DNA of 64,000 nucleotides from NCBI RefSeq assembly GCF_058153355.1, contig NZ_CM177019.1; one strand, 5' to 3'. Shown piece by piece: positions 14,892 to 24,436 of this stretch (position 1 is its first letter; each line of letters starts with the position of its first letter). The notes under the pieces were generated by a model. It saw only the letters and a program-made list of their open reading frames with translations, ran no database searches and was not told where the DNA came from. The position numbers and the translations under genes were made by a program.

Positions 14892-15617
14892 TCAGAAAAG
14901 AGAAGATTGCTGTGGAATAGCCGGAACTGCTCCGATCTCTGGAAGTGTTTTACGTAAGCCTTCCCAGAGGGTATGTACCAGTTCCGGTGCCTGGGCAATA
15001 TCTGGCGTATGTAAAAAAAGATAAGGCGTAGTGGTCTGATGCCACTGCGCTAATTTTTGTAACCAAACCTGAAACAACTCTCGGTTTTGCGTCATATCAT
15101 CACTACCGATAAAACGGATCAGCGGATTTGTCGCCGTCAGCACAGCATGTACGGGAACTTTAGGTTTTTTCCGTTGAGCGTCGCGAATAGCTTCACTGTT
15201 TGGGCGTGCTGCATGAACCGGGCGGCTGTCTAAAATCACCCGATTAACGCTGCGCTGATGTAAACCGCGATTAAGTGTTTGTTCCTCTTCCCCTTTGGCG
15301 AAAAACTGTGGATGGCGGACTTCCACACCATAATTAAACTCGCCGGGAAGAGAGTCGAGAAAATGCCAAAGCGCAGGCAGATCCCGTGGGCCAAATGTGG
15401 CAGGCAGTTGCAGCCAGTATTGCCCAATGCGCGGAGCCAGCGGTGACAAGCGAGTCAAAAATTCAGTTACTAAATCATCGCAATGCCGTAATGCTGCCTG
15501 ATGCGAAATGGTCGCCGGAAACTTAAAACAGAAGCGAAAATTATCTGTGGTCTGCTCACGCCAGCGCAGGACAACCTCGGGTTTCGGCAGAGCGTATAGC
15601 GTGGTGTTGCCCTCCAC
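14892..15617 (-). pseudogene. yecE: yecE 3' portion (codons ~32-272), separated from its 5' end by the prophage
   Basis: Product (V)EGNTTLYALPKPEVVLRWREQ... matches YecE from residue ~32; the first 31 codons are at 54340..54430. Confidence 0.8.
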
Positions 15618-15625
15618 ACAGTTAA
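15615..15625. other. attL core (left prophage/chromosome junction)
   Basis: cacacagttaa at 15615-15625 matches cacgcagttaa at 54335-54345; yecE sequence breaks here. Confidence 0.4.
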
Positions 15626-15643
15626 CATGACGGGTATTAAAAG

Positions 15644-16952
15644 CTAACTCACTGATTTTAATAAGCCTCTTGTGTCACTTTGGTGACCATGGGACATCAT
15701 TGGGACATAATCTGCCAGCTTCTGATTCAGCATTGCGATCTGTTCTGCATTGCTGTCAGTCATCCATGCTCCGTATACATTGAACACCATCTGGGCACTT
15801 GCATGCCCCATCTGGCTGGCAATGAAGCTTGGATTTGCTCCGGCAGATAATGACCAGCACGCATAAGTGTGTCGTGACTGGTATGCCTTTCGATGCCTGA
15901 TGCCTGCACGTTTAATGGCTGTTTCCCATGAGTCGCCAATGGAATCTACCTTGTAGATAAAACCTACCTGTTTGCTTTTTCTAACCACCTGGGGGTTAAA
16001 TACGAAAGTACATTCATGATTTACTGAACGTCCATATTCACGTAGTTGAACCTTGATGTTGTGCTGCTTACCCAGTCTTGTCATTTCAGCCTGATTTTTC
16101 AGGACACTGATAGCGGGCTGGATAAGATGCACAACCCTGTTTGTACTTGCTTCAGTTTTAGGTAGAGTGAACTCACCGAGTTTCGTATAATTGCGCCTGA
16201 TAGTAATTGTTCCTGCTTTCAGATCGATATCTTCCCAGGCCAGGGAGACCAGTTCACCATGACGCATTCCTGTGTACACAGCCAATGACCACAGGTTTTT
16301 TGTCTGCTGATGCCGGCAAGCATCTATCAGGCGAATAAATTCGTCACGAGTTAGCGGATCTGGTTCTGCCCTGGCTCTTTTAAGAGGCTTAATTCCCTCG
16401 AAGGGATTTGCTTCTAAGTAACCGTGCAGCAAACTGAAACATTCCAGCGATTGTTGTCATGTAATAATTTACTGTGACAACGCTTCGTCCTTTTACTGGA
16501 GCTTTACCTTTTGTTGGATTTTGGTATCCGGTCAGCAAATCTTTCCTGATATACAGCAATTCCTCTTTGGTCACTGCTGATACCAGTCGGTTGCCACCAA
16601 TCTTCGGAACCATCATCCTTGCAATGGATTCATAGCGATTGAATGCATTTGCAGAGATTTCCATTCGTTTCAGATCCAGCCATTTTTCTTCAAGTTCTTT
16701 CACCGTAATTTCTTTTTTATTTACCCCAAAAGCCTTGAGGTTAGGAGAGTCAGGGAACTGCGCAGCATAATCAAAATTTCCTGTACGAATGGCAAAACAT
16801 ACAGATGTCCGCAGCTCTCCGGCGATCTTCCTGTTCTTGGCAGTGTCAGGGACACCAAGATTTTCCCTGACACGTTTACCTTTAAAATTAAACCAGATGC
16901 GTAATGTGCCACCGTGGTTTTCGACGCCTGTTGGATATTTGACTTTATCCAT
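15644..16952 (-). pseudogene. int: Phage tyrosine integrase, frameshifted
   Basis: N-terminal part (ORF 16389..16952, MDKVKYPTGVENHGGTLRIWF...) and catalytic part (ORF 15644..16432, ...HGYLEANPFEGIKPLKRAR..., conserved R...H..R...Y region) are in different frames, overlapping around 16415-16432. Confidence 0.75.
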
Positions 16953-17007
16953 TGATACCTCCAGACGCCCAAGAGCGATACGAGCTTACATACTTCATGG
17001 CATTAAA

Positions 17008-17244
17008 TCACCCAGGTTGTTTGTTTTTCATTGAAGAGACCCAGGCATCTATTGCTTTTCTGTTATACATACATTCGCTGGATGGCTTTGGATTACCGTC
17101 TGGTGATACGTGAATATACTCTCTTCCTACCATCCAGCATTCTTTCCGGGCTCGGAGAATTGTGCCTGGTTTGAGCCCGGTAATTGCGATAAGAACGCTT
17201 TCACAAACCCATTCATTGGGAGCCAGTTGAATCACATTGCCCAT
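17008..17244 (-). CDS. xis: Excisionase-like protein
   Basis: 78 aa directly upstream of int on the same strand; small basic DNA-binding protein typical of lambdoid Xis. Confidence 0.7.
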   Translation of the reverse strand: MGNVIQLAPNEWVCESVLIAITGLKPGTILRARKECWMVGREYIHVSPDGNPKPSSECMYNRKAIDAWVSSMKNKQPG

Positions 17245-17252
17245 GCATTACC

Positions 17253-17399
17253 TCACACAACACTCAGCCCACGGCAGTGGCACCACACTTCAAACATTCG
17301 TTTCACAATTTCACGACAGTAGAAACCGTCAACATCTCGCGTCAGGTCATAGCGATTGCCGTAACGCTGGCGTACCCATAGCTCAAACGCTTTATTCAT
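17253..17399 (-). CDS. Small hypothetical phage protein (48 aa)
   Basis: ORF MNKAFELWVRQRYGNRYDLTRDVDGFYCREIVKRMFEVWCHCRGLSVV; tightly packed between the neighbouring genes; below ORF-track cutoff. Confidence 0.3.
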   Translation of the reverse strand: MNKAFELWVRQRYGNRYDLTRDVDGFYCREIVKRMFEVWCHCRGLSVV

Positions 17400-17402
17400 T
17401 CT

Positions 17403-17645
17403 TTACTTCCTTTTCATGGCCCGTAATTTTTTCAGATGAGCTTCCTGCTCTGTTTCTGCCAGAATTTGTCGGTATTCCTGGTGATCGATCCGTTCAAACA
17501 GTTCATTGAAATCGTTTATTTTTACTGACTGTGTTCGCCCATCCATTCTTCTGTACAACACAGTGTTGTTTATGCAGCGAATAATTTTTACCGGGTAACC
17601 GGCACTGTCGGTATACAGTTGTCCCTGATTAATCAAAGCGAACAT
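17403..17645 (-). CDS. Hypothetical phage protein (80 aa)
   Basis: ATG at 17645 preceded by AGGAGA RBS; ORF track 17403..17768 trimmed. Confidence 0.5.
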   Translation of the reverse strand: MFALINQGQLYTDSAGYPVKIIRCINNTVLYRRMDGRTQSVKINDFNELFERIDHQEYRQILAETEQEAHLKKLRAMKRK

Positions 17646-17869
17646 TTTTTCTCCTGCTCTCTGAATAGTGAGAACTTCAGAGCCGTATGTTTGTAGCGGG
17701 TTCAATACTGATAATTTCTGCTGAGATAAGCATCCCGGCAAGCCAGAGCTCTCCGGAGAGGTCTTCATCCTGGCATGTCAGTTCGCCAATATTAATGGTG
17801 GCCATGATATCTGTTTCCCCTGTACGCTCATCCTCGACTTCTTTATAAGGCAGCGTTGCGTACAGGCTT

Positions 17870-18511
17870 TCAATAGCGCAACATGTTGGCTTCCGCTTCG
17901 CGCTGTTTAACTTCCTGCTCGCGCTGCAGTGTTTTCTGGTTCGCCGTGACTTTGGCATTAATGCTGTCGATAACGGTTGGCGGGTACTCCGGCTTACCCA
18001 CATATGAGAGGCTCATTACCTGAATACCGATGGGCGTCATTTCTTCCTGAATGTCTTTAAGAGCTGCATCCAGCAGCTCAGACTTGCCGCCGTCGATAAA
18101 TTTGTCGGTGGTCATTTTGCTGGCCAGTCGGTTGAGTGCGTCGGCGATCTTCTGGCGCAGGTCAGTGTCGGTAATGTCATCCACGCCTTTGCGGTAGGTC
18201 TGAAACACCGTGGTAACTTTGGATGGATCAACTTTGTAGGCCACGCCGATGTGATAGCCGATGGTTGTACCGTCACTCATCTGGAAGCTGAATGGCTCAT
18301 CGTAGGTCTTCATTTGTTTGAAGGTCGGGAAGATGTAAACCTCAGTGTTCCATCCCGTCCAGTAGCGCCCAACACCGACCACCTCTCCGACGCCTTTATC
18401 GTCGCCCAGTTTGTTTACCTTGATGCCAACATTACCAGGCTCAACGCGATCGCAACCGACAAGTCCGGTGGTCAGCAGAACAAGGGCTAAAGCAGGAATA
18501 GCTTTTTTCAT
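17870..18511 (-). CDS. Phage lipoprotein, SPFH/band-7-like
   Basis: 213 aa; signal peptide with lipobox LTTGLVGC; coiled-coil-rich C-terminus. Confidence 0.6.
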   Translation of the reverse strand: MKKAIPALALVLLTTGLVGCDRVEPGNVGIKVNKLGDDKGVGEVVGVGRYWTGWNTEVYIFPTFKQMKTYDEPFSFQMSDGTTIGYHIGVAYKVDPSKVTTVFQTYRKGVDDITDTDLRQKIADALNRLASKMTTDKFIDGGKSELLDAALKDIQEEMTPIGIQVMSLSYVGKPEYPPTVIDSINAKVTANQKTLQREQEVKQREAEANMLRY

Positions 18512-18696
18512 CTTTTATCCTTAGTGAAAGAAAGACCCTTATAAATGGCATAAATGCAGGGCGGGGTCAGACACGCCAGAGCAAAGCCAGAAATCACTGC
18601 TACCGTATCCTTCATTGATATGAGGGCCGGAACGATTAATCCGTAAATACATGCGATAATTGCCAGTGATATAACTATTCTGAAATAAATGTTCAT
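18508..18696 (-). CDS. Small membrane protein (62 aa, two predicted TM helices)
   Basis: Hydrophobic ORF overlapping the lipoprotein gene start by 4 nt. Confidence 0.45.
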   Translation of the reverse strand: MNIYFRIVISLAIIACIYGLIVPALISMKDTVAVISGFALACLTPPCIYAIYKGLSFTKDKR

Positions 18697-18756
18697 GGTC
18701 CTCCTGATGTATTCGGCTTGCCTTATTTAATTGCGTCATGGTTAATTTCGTTTACG

Positions 18757-19149
18757 TCAGAATGGTTTTGTTGCCATCAGTTCGTAATATCCGGCGCTCC
18801 ATGTGTCATATTTTCTGAACCATTTTTCTGTATACTGTTTCCTGGCGATGAGTCTGCGCAGTCGTCTGATTGTTCGCTGGTGTGCGCGGGTATACTCTGT
18901 GGTTGATTCTCCTCGTTTCCATATCTCATTCCCGTTGAAGATAAAACGCTTGTCAGGATGGCGTTGTCGGAATCCTGAACGTTCAAAAGCGCGGGTGGTC
19001 ATAAAGAATGCCAGGTAACGAATTGCCGTTTTTCGGGTGAGGCATTTTTTTGTTGTTCCGTGGCGTGTTACAAAAAATAACGGGCCGACGGGGGTATCAT
19101 GTTTCTGTAGTGCCAGGTCAATGGCGCTGGCGGTGCGGTTGTCGATCAT
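18757..19149 (-). CDS. Hypothetical phage early protein (130 aa)
   Basis: ORF in early leftward operon; basic C-terminus. Confidence 0.5.
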   Translation of the reverse strand: MIDNRTASAIDLALQKHDTPVGPLFFVTRHGTTKKCLTRKTAIRYLAFFMTTRAFERSGFRQRHPDKRFIFNGNEIWKRGESTTEYTRAHQRTIRRLRRLIARKQYTEKWFRKYDTWSAGYYELMATKPF

Positions 19150-19364
19150 TTCTTTATTTCTCCCGAATAACGTTCATGACTCATTACTTCCCAGTTCCGG
19201 CCGTCGTCTTTCGATAACAGCCGCCAGCGACGGTTAACCTTCAGACTGAGATATCCGGTGCGCTGTATCCGATGCGGAAATATCCGTCGGCATCTGTACC
19301 GCCGCAGGACCAGCAACGCCTGCTGGTGGACCCACTCAGGAATTCGTGTTGCTGTTAATGTCAC
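19146..19364 (-). CDS. Hypothetical phage protein (72 aa)
   Basis: ORF overlapping the downstream gene start (ATGA). Confidence 0.4.
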   Translation of the reverse strand: MTLTATRIPEWVHQQALLVLRRYRCRRIFPHRIQRTGYLSLKVNRRWRLLSKDDGRNWEVMSHERYSGEIKK

Positions 19365-19551
19365 TGGTTTCCTCCTGAGCAGGTGCTGTTATCTGATACC
19401 CCGCTCTTTCTGCCAGCCGTATGAATGTATCCATGCTGGCAATCAGCTCTCCATCGCGGACTTTGCAGACATCTGTTACCTGGCCATTTTCAATTGTCAT
19501 AACGATCTGCACTTTTTCGTGCACAACAGATACAGGGGATAAATTAGCCAT
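19336..19551 (-). CDS. Hypothetical phage protein (71 aa)
   Basis: ORF in early operon. Confidence 0.45.
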   Translation of the reverse strand: MANLSPVSVVHEKVQIVMTIENGQVTDVCKVRDGELIASMDTFIRLAERAGYQITAPAQEETSDINSNTNS

Positions 19552-19910
19552 CAGTTAATTCCTCCGCTGATATATTTTTCTTTCGCGTAATCAATAACCT
19601 CTTGTAAAAGGTTGTCTATAATTAACTTTCCGGTTTCAGCCTGGTATTCAGTATGTTGATTAATCCCGATAGCATTCTGGTATGCAGTTCGGATTTCTGT
19701 TTCACCCTCCACTCGACCCAATTCACCACGGGTAATACCTTCAAAGCGCAACAGTAACTGGTTTATAAACTGTTCTGTTATTTCTATGGTCGTAATGTTC
19801 CCATCCAGAAGGTCAACAATAAGCAGATCACCACCTGTTTTACGTTTTATTCGATGGAGTGCCGCAACAGCTATACGGCGACGATATGTATTAATGGGTT
19901 CATGTGTCAT
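19551..19910 (-). CDS. Hypothetical phage protein (119 aa)
   Basis: ORF in early operon. Confidence 0.5.
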   Translation of the reverse strand: MTHEPINTYRRRIAVAALHRIKRKTGGDLLIVDLLDGNITTIEITEQFINQLLLRFEGITRGELGRVEGETEIRTAYQNAIGINQHTEYQAETGKLIIDNLLQEVIDYAKEKYISGGIN

Positions 19911-19913
19911 TTG

Positions 19914-20027
19914 TTATTTCCCGTATGCTTTACGCAGAAATAAGCAGGCAATATGCATGTAATTTTCACCGTATTGTGCAATAAGGCTGGCGGTCTTGTG
20001 TGATGCCATATTCTTTATAAAAGTCAT
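19914..20027 (-). CDS. Small hypothetical protein (37 aa)
   Basis: MTFIKNMASHKTASLIAQYGENYMHIACLFLRKAYGK preceded by AGGAGG RBS; below ORF-track cutoff. Confidence 0.3.
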   Translation of the reverse strand: MTFIKNMASHKTASLIAQYGENYMHIACLFLRKAYGK

Positions 20028-20099
20028 AATAAAGCCTCCTGTGGATTAAGGTTGTAACAATCCCCGGCGATAAAACCGTAATAAACATTCAGGGAATAT

Positions 20100-20471
20100 T
20101 TATTGTGATTGCGCTAATTCTTTTTCGGCAGCAGCTTTTGCATATTCACATGCAAAATTCAGAATTTCGCTGCCAAGTACTTTTGTTTCGTGATTACTGG
20201 ACATATGTAATACCTGTGTTGCATGCAATAAATGATAAACATTTACCGCAAATGAATCAGGCTCCAGACAAATGCCTTCGTAATTATCTTGCTGTGAGGT
20301 TGTTTCTGTCATTGCTCCTGAAGTGCATGCGAGCCTGTTTTTGACAATTCTCTTTCCTCTAATCACTATATCGGCAACATCTATTGCCTTTACAACCTCC
20401 GGGAGAAGTTCCTGGTTTGTATAATCAAAGTTATCAACATGGAGAACAGTTATGTTTTCGAACTTTTTCAT
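20100..20471 (-). CDS. Hypothetical phage protein (123 aa)
   Basis: ORF in early leftward region. Confidence 0.5.
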   Translation of the reverse strand: MKKFENITVLHVDNFDYTNQELLPEVVKAIDVADIVIRGKRIVKNRLACTSGAMTETTSQQDNYEGICLEPDSFAVNVYHLLHATQVLHMSSNHETKVLGSEILNFACEYAKAAAEKELAQSQ

Positions 20472-20599
20472 GGCTTCCTCAGCTGACTTATATGTTCTGC
20501 TATATAGCGAGTCTCAGAAGTGTTTTCATATTGAGACTGTTTCCGCAATGATTGATAAAAATGTTCGCATGTACCTTGAGGGGCGAAGCGGCGATTATG

Positions 20600-21145
20600 T
20601 CACCATTGGTATTGGTTCTTCCGTAGAAGAGCTTCGCGAGATAAGGGGCAAACTTGTTGAGATGCGTCATGGTGTTGCTGCTCCTCACTTTTTGGTTGCT
20701 CCGGAGGAGTAACCTCGTCAGTTAACAGCCACATCGGATCGCAGCCAAGAATATTTGCCAGTGGGATAAGCATACTGATAGTTGGTTCATACTCTCCGCT
20801 CTCCCACTGGATGATGACTTCTTCATCCACATCGAGCAGCCTGGCGAGTTCGGCGGTTGTTAAGCCGCAGGCTTCGCGTTGGGTGCGAATGTGGTTTTGT
20901 GTATTAGTAGCTAAATTCTGTTTGTATGAACGCGTTGATTTAGCTTGTGCTGTCTTAGTGAACTTAATTAAGTGTTTATTAATTGAAGAGCTAATCCTCC
21001 AAGCAATGCTTATGCACGATTCGATTTCGTTGATTTCGCTGCTTGCTTGTGTGATTACGGATGCAATAACTGAGAGTAAATCGCTCAAAATCTGTGATTC
21101 GTCTGTTATGTCAAATAAGTCAAGTTCGCTATTTTGAGTGCTCAT
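20600..21145 (-). CDS. HTH (XRE-type) DNA-binding protein downstream of the repressor gene
   Basis: 181 aa from ATG at 21145; central helix-turn-helix LTTAELARLLDVDEEVIIQWESGEYEP. Confidence 0.55.
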   Translation of the reverse strand: MSTQNSELDLFDITDESQILSDLLSVIASVITQASSEINEIESCISIAWRISSSINKHLIKFTKTAQAKSTRSYKQNLATNTQNHIRTQREACGLTTAELARLLDVDEEVIIQWESGEYEPTISMLIPLANILGCDPMWLLTDEVTPPEQPKSEEQQHHDASQQVCPLSREALLRKNQYQW

Positions 21146-21289
21146 AACTTCGCCTGTAACTTTTGTTGCATTAACCAAACGCCATTAACGATAACTAAAG
21201 ATAGTTTTATGGGCAAGAAAAAATTAATGAAAGTTAGTTTGACAGACATAAGAAAACGGCAACCTACTGAATAGATTGCCGTTTTATAA

Positions 21290-21676
21290 TTATTGGCGTT
21301 GTTTCCTGACCTTTAGCAATTCTTCGAATAGTTTGTTGAAGTTCTCAACCCTTGCTGATATCTCATTGATTAGAATGTTTTTTTCTGAGTCTGGTAGTTG
21401 ATTGAATAAACTCAGTAGTTGAGTTTGTTGCTCATCTAATTCTGTTGGAAGTTCATCTACTGGCGTCGGAGACTTATCTTCATCACCAAAAAGTAACCAT
21501 GCTGGGGAGCACTTGAGAGCGTCACTGAGAGCGAAAAGGTTTTTCCCGCTTGGTTCGTTTTGCCCATTTTCCCACTTCAATATGCTGACACCTGACAGGC
21601 CCAGCGTCTTGGCCAGAGCTAGTTTGGTAAGTCCTAACTCTTTGCGTCTCATAGTAATGCGTTCGCTCATTTCCAT
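21290..21676 (-). CDS. Prophage repressor, CI-like XRE-family HTH, no peptidase domain
   Basis: 128 aa; HTH LTKLALAKTLGLSGVSILKWENGQNEP; divergent from the cro-like gene. Confidence 0.75.
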   Translation of the reverse strand: MEMSERITMRRKELGLTKLALAKTLGLSGVSILKWENGQNEPSGKNLFALSDALKCSPAWLLFGDEDKSPTPVDELPTELDEQQTQLLSLFNQLPDSEKNILINEISARVENFNKLFEELLKVRKQRQ

Positions 21677-21772
21677 AGGGATCCTCTCTGCTTAGGCGGG
21701 CTACTAATATATGTTAACTTGAACTAACTGTAGTTATAGGTATAGGATAAACATAAGTTATTTGGAGGTGAT
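21677..21772. promoter_or_regulatory. Divergent promoter/operator region of the immunity switch
   Basis: 96-bp AT-rich spacer between divergent repressor and cro-like genes. Confidence 0.5.
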
Positions 21773-22012
21773 ATGAAAACACAAGACGCAGTTGCGTTTT
21801 TTGGAACTAAAGCAAAGATTGCGCGCGCTTTAGATGTATCGCAAGTGGCCGTTACTCAATGGGGAGCAATCGTACCTAAAGGTCGTGCCCTCGAACTTGA
21901 GAAACTCACTGATGGCGCTTTGAAGTGCGATCTGAGCCTGTACAAGAACCACTCGCGCAAAAACAAGCGTGGATTACACCCAGACTTAGCGCACACGGGG
22001 GAGGGGAAGTGA
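21773..22012 (+). CDS. Cro-like regulator (YdaS-like HTH)
   Basis: 79 aa; FGTKAKIARALDVSQVAVTQW motif; GGAGGTG RBS. Confidence 0.7.
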   Translation: MKTQDAVAFFGTKAKIARALDVSQVAVTQWGAIVPKGRALELEKLTDGALKCDLSLYKNHSRKNKRGLHPDLAHTGEGK

Positions 22013-22018
22013 GGAAGT

Positions 22019-22147
22019 ATGAACGAGGAACAAATCAAATGCGTTTTTGAGACCATATCAGCCCTTACCGATGAGGAGTCTCAGAAGGCAAGGGCTGTGG
22101 CTGAAAAAATAGCCTTAGCTTTGGGATTTTCGGTCAATCCTGGCTGA
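22019..22147 (+). CDS. Small hypothetical protein (42 aa)
   Basis: MNEEQIKCVFETISALTDEESQKARAVAEKIALALGFSVNPG directly after cro; below ORF-track cutoff. Confidence 0.3.
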   Translation: MNEEQIKCVFETISALTDEESQKARAVAEKIALALGFSVNPG

Positions 22148-22361
22148 TGGAGTTATCCAGAACGGCGGCGATGTATTCACACATCTCCTGCCCTCGTTCC
22201 CTCTGCTGTGGCGGTTGGCTTTTCAGGATTTTAATTAACTCCATTCCGGACACCGCGAGCTTTGTTCGCTCATGAATGGGAAGGGATGACAGCAATAAAC
22301 CAACTAATGCCTCAAGGCCGTCGAGCTTGGTTTCAGTACTGAATTTACTTGTATCAGTCAT
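22134..22361 (-). CDS. Hypothetical protein (75 aa), convergent to cro operon
   Basis: MTDTSKFSTETKLDGLEALVGLL... from ATG at 22361; ORF track 22134..22481 trimmed. Confidence 0.35.
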   Translation of the reverse strand: MTDTSKFSTETKLDGLEALVGLLLSSLPIHERTKLAVSGMELIKILKSQPPQQRERGQEMCEYIAAVLDNSISQD

Positions 22362-22449
22362 AGGTAATTTCCTTACTGGTTGTGTGAGAACTCCAGTATA
22401 CCACCGAGCCTGAAGTGGGAAAAAGACAGGCAAAGAGAGAGAGACACCC

Positions 22450-22704
22450 ATGACTCCAGAAGAATTTATCTGCAAACACATAACGGAAAAGCTGGTGGCG
22501 GAGGGCTTCCCTGAAATTGTAGCCAGGGAGGGGGGCTTGCTGGGGCTGGATTACTACCGTCGCAGCTCACAGGCCAGTCGAAAAGGCGGGATTTTTGATG
22601 ATTGCTATTTTCGTGCGCGGCAATGGGCACTTGGTCAGACAACGGTTACTGAGCGAAAGGAAAAGCCGGGCCGGATTAAGGTGGGCCAGCCCGGCCTGTT
22701 CTGA
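22450..22704 (+). CDS. Hypothetical phage protein (84 aa)
   Basis: ORF only. Confidence 0.4.
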   Translation: MTPEEFICKHITEKLVAEGFPEIVAREGGLLGLDYYRRSSQASRKGGIFDDCYFRARQWALGQTTVTERKEKPGRIKVGQPGLF

Positions 22705-22738
22705 CTTGCGATCGGAACCAACTTTCAAGGAGCCGTTC

Positions 22739-22837
22739 CATGATGAACGCCCGACTAATCACTGATGTTGACCGCCAACCGGAGGGCATTAATCACCAGA
22801 CTGGGAAAGGTCTCAATCATCTGACTAAAGGGCATTA
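22739..22837 (+). CDS. Small hypothetical protein (32 aa)
   Basis: AAGGAG RBS 7 nt before ATG; stop overlaps next gene start. Confidence 0.3.
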
Positions 22838-22840
22838 ATC

Positions 22841-23152
22841 ATGCATAACATTAGCAGTACACAAAAATTAGTCAACCCTGCAGATTCTTTTGGACAAATT
22901 CCGGTCGAGCAGTGGTACAGAAGAACGTACGTAGTTTCAGAGTACGCCTGCACTTATACCGAGACAATTATCGGAAAGGCCGAATGCCCCTGTTCCGCCG
23001 CTGTGAATGGTGCGATGGCAATACGTAACGCCAACCCTTCGGTTTTATCCATCCGTTTTATAAGCATTGAGCAGCTTTCTCCTGAAGAAGGAGAGGCGAA
23101 CGAGTGCGCCCTTGATGCCTGGTTTGAGAAACATCCTGAGGAGATTGAATGA
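22841..23152 (+). CDS. Hypothetical phage protein (103 aa)
   Basis: ORF translationally coupled to Rha gene (ATGA overlap). Confidence 0.5.
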   Translation: MHNISSTQKLVNPADSFGQIPVEQWYRRTYVVSEYACTYTETIIGKAECPCSAAVNGAMAIRNANPSVLSIRFISIEQLSPEEGEANECALDAWFEKHPEEIE

Positions 23153-23859
23153 TGAACACCGCAATTTTTAACGACAAAGTATCCATGACCAGCGTTGAAA
23201 TCGCAGAGTTGGTGGGTAAACGTCATGACAATGTGAAACGCACTATTGAAACATTAGCCAAAGGTGGCGTTGTCCGGTCTCCTCAAATTGAGGTTTCCGA
23301 AAGAATCAATAACTTAGGTTTTAAAGTTCAATATGAGCATTACCTGTTTGAAGGAGAACAAGGTAAGCGCGACAGTATCATTGTCGTCGCACAGCTCTGT
23401 CCTGAATTCACTGCTCGCCTGGTAGATCGCTGGCGCGAACTGGAAGAACAGATCCGTAAGCCAATGAGCGAAATCGAAATGGTTGCCGCGATGGCTCTTG
23501 AAGCCGTTCGCCAGCAGAAACGGATCACTCAGGTGGAAGAAAAAGTCAGCCATGTTGCCGAAACAGTTGAGCAAATCAAAAAGGGTACCATTCGTGAGGG
23601 CTATGCCGGATATCGCCAGCTGAAAGCAAAAACCGGTATGTTAGATGCGAAATGTCGCACGCTTGTAAATGCATACAACATCCCGACAGACACTCATGAA
23701 TTTTTGACGCCAGATGGATTACTGGCACGTCGTGAAATTGTTGCTGTGGAACCGTTTCTGAAGGCGTTTCATCACATGATGTGTGGTGCCGTTCAGCGTG
23801 GTACCCGCTGGTATCACCCGAGAATGGGCCTGTTTCAGGCTACTGGCTGGCAGGTGTGA
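23149..23859 (+). CDS. Rha-family phage regulatory protein / antirepressor
   Basis: 236 aa; N-terminal MTSVEIAELVGKRHDNVKRTIETLAKGG typical of Rha domain. Confidence 0.7.
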   Translation: MMNTAIFNDKVSMTSVEIAELVGKRHDNVKRTIETLAKGGVVRSPQIEVSERINNLGFKVQYEHYLFEGEQGKRDSIIVVAQLCPEFTARLVDRWRELEEQIRKPMSEIEMVAAMALEAVRQQKRITQVEEKVSHVAETVEQIKKGTIREGYAGYRQLKAKTGMLDAKCRTLVNAYNIPTDTHEFLTPDGLLARREIVAVEPFLKAFHHMMCGAVQRGTRWYHPRMGLFQATGWQV

Positions 23860-24075
23860 CGATGTTTACGGGTAATTTATGCAAGTCCTCAATCGCTGGT
23901 TCCGTGATGGCAGAGGGCGTCGCGTCCACGTTATACGCTGGAGCCTGAAACACAGCGGGTTATTTATCTGCGTGATGGTTATCCATATGAATGTTTCAGC
24001 CCGTTGTGGTTGTTCAGGCGTGATTTTGTGGAGTGTGAAGCGCCGCCGGAATGACGGCACGGTATATACGAAAAA

Positions 24076-24435
24076 TTACGCCGCCTTGCCCAGCGTAAAA
24101 TCAAAGTGGATGTCGTCATACGGGAATGACGTTCCGCGCTCGCTTTTTTCCAGTAAACCGTTGCTGATGAGTGCGGTCACGTCAGTATGCACGCTTTTTA
24201 CATCACGTCCAACCAGGGCTGCAATTTTTCGGATGGACATTTCTCCGGCACCAGTCATTGCCATCAGAATGTCCATGCGTTTTGGTGTCAGTACCTTATG
24301 CATCATTTGCCAGTCAGGAAATGAAATAACGTTTTCTCTTGTTGCTTTTGCTCCGGTAGCTGCTTCCTGGAACGCAGACAGCACATCAGCCGTGAAATTA
24401 TCCATTGACTCGATTCGGATTGTTACGGTTCTCAT
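24076..24435 (-). CDS. Winged-helix/HTH DNA-binding protein (119 aa), downstream gene of the module
   Basis: MRTVTIRIESMDNF...; HTH MSIRKIAALVGRDVKSVHTDVTALISNGLL; ORF track 24076..24531 trimmed. Confidence 0.6.
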   Translation of the reverse strand: MRTVTIRIESMDNFTADVLSAFQEAATGAKATRENVISFPDWQMMHKVLTPKRMDILMAMTGAGEMSIRKIAALVGRDVKSVHTDVTALISNGLLEKSERGTSFPYDDIHFDFTLGKAA

Positions 24436-24436
24436 G

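Noticed and set aside
20452-20712. 86-aa plus-strand ORF
   Set aside because: Overlaps the 3' end of the minus-strand HTH gene and the start region of the 123-aa gene; no clear RBS. Not fully excluded.
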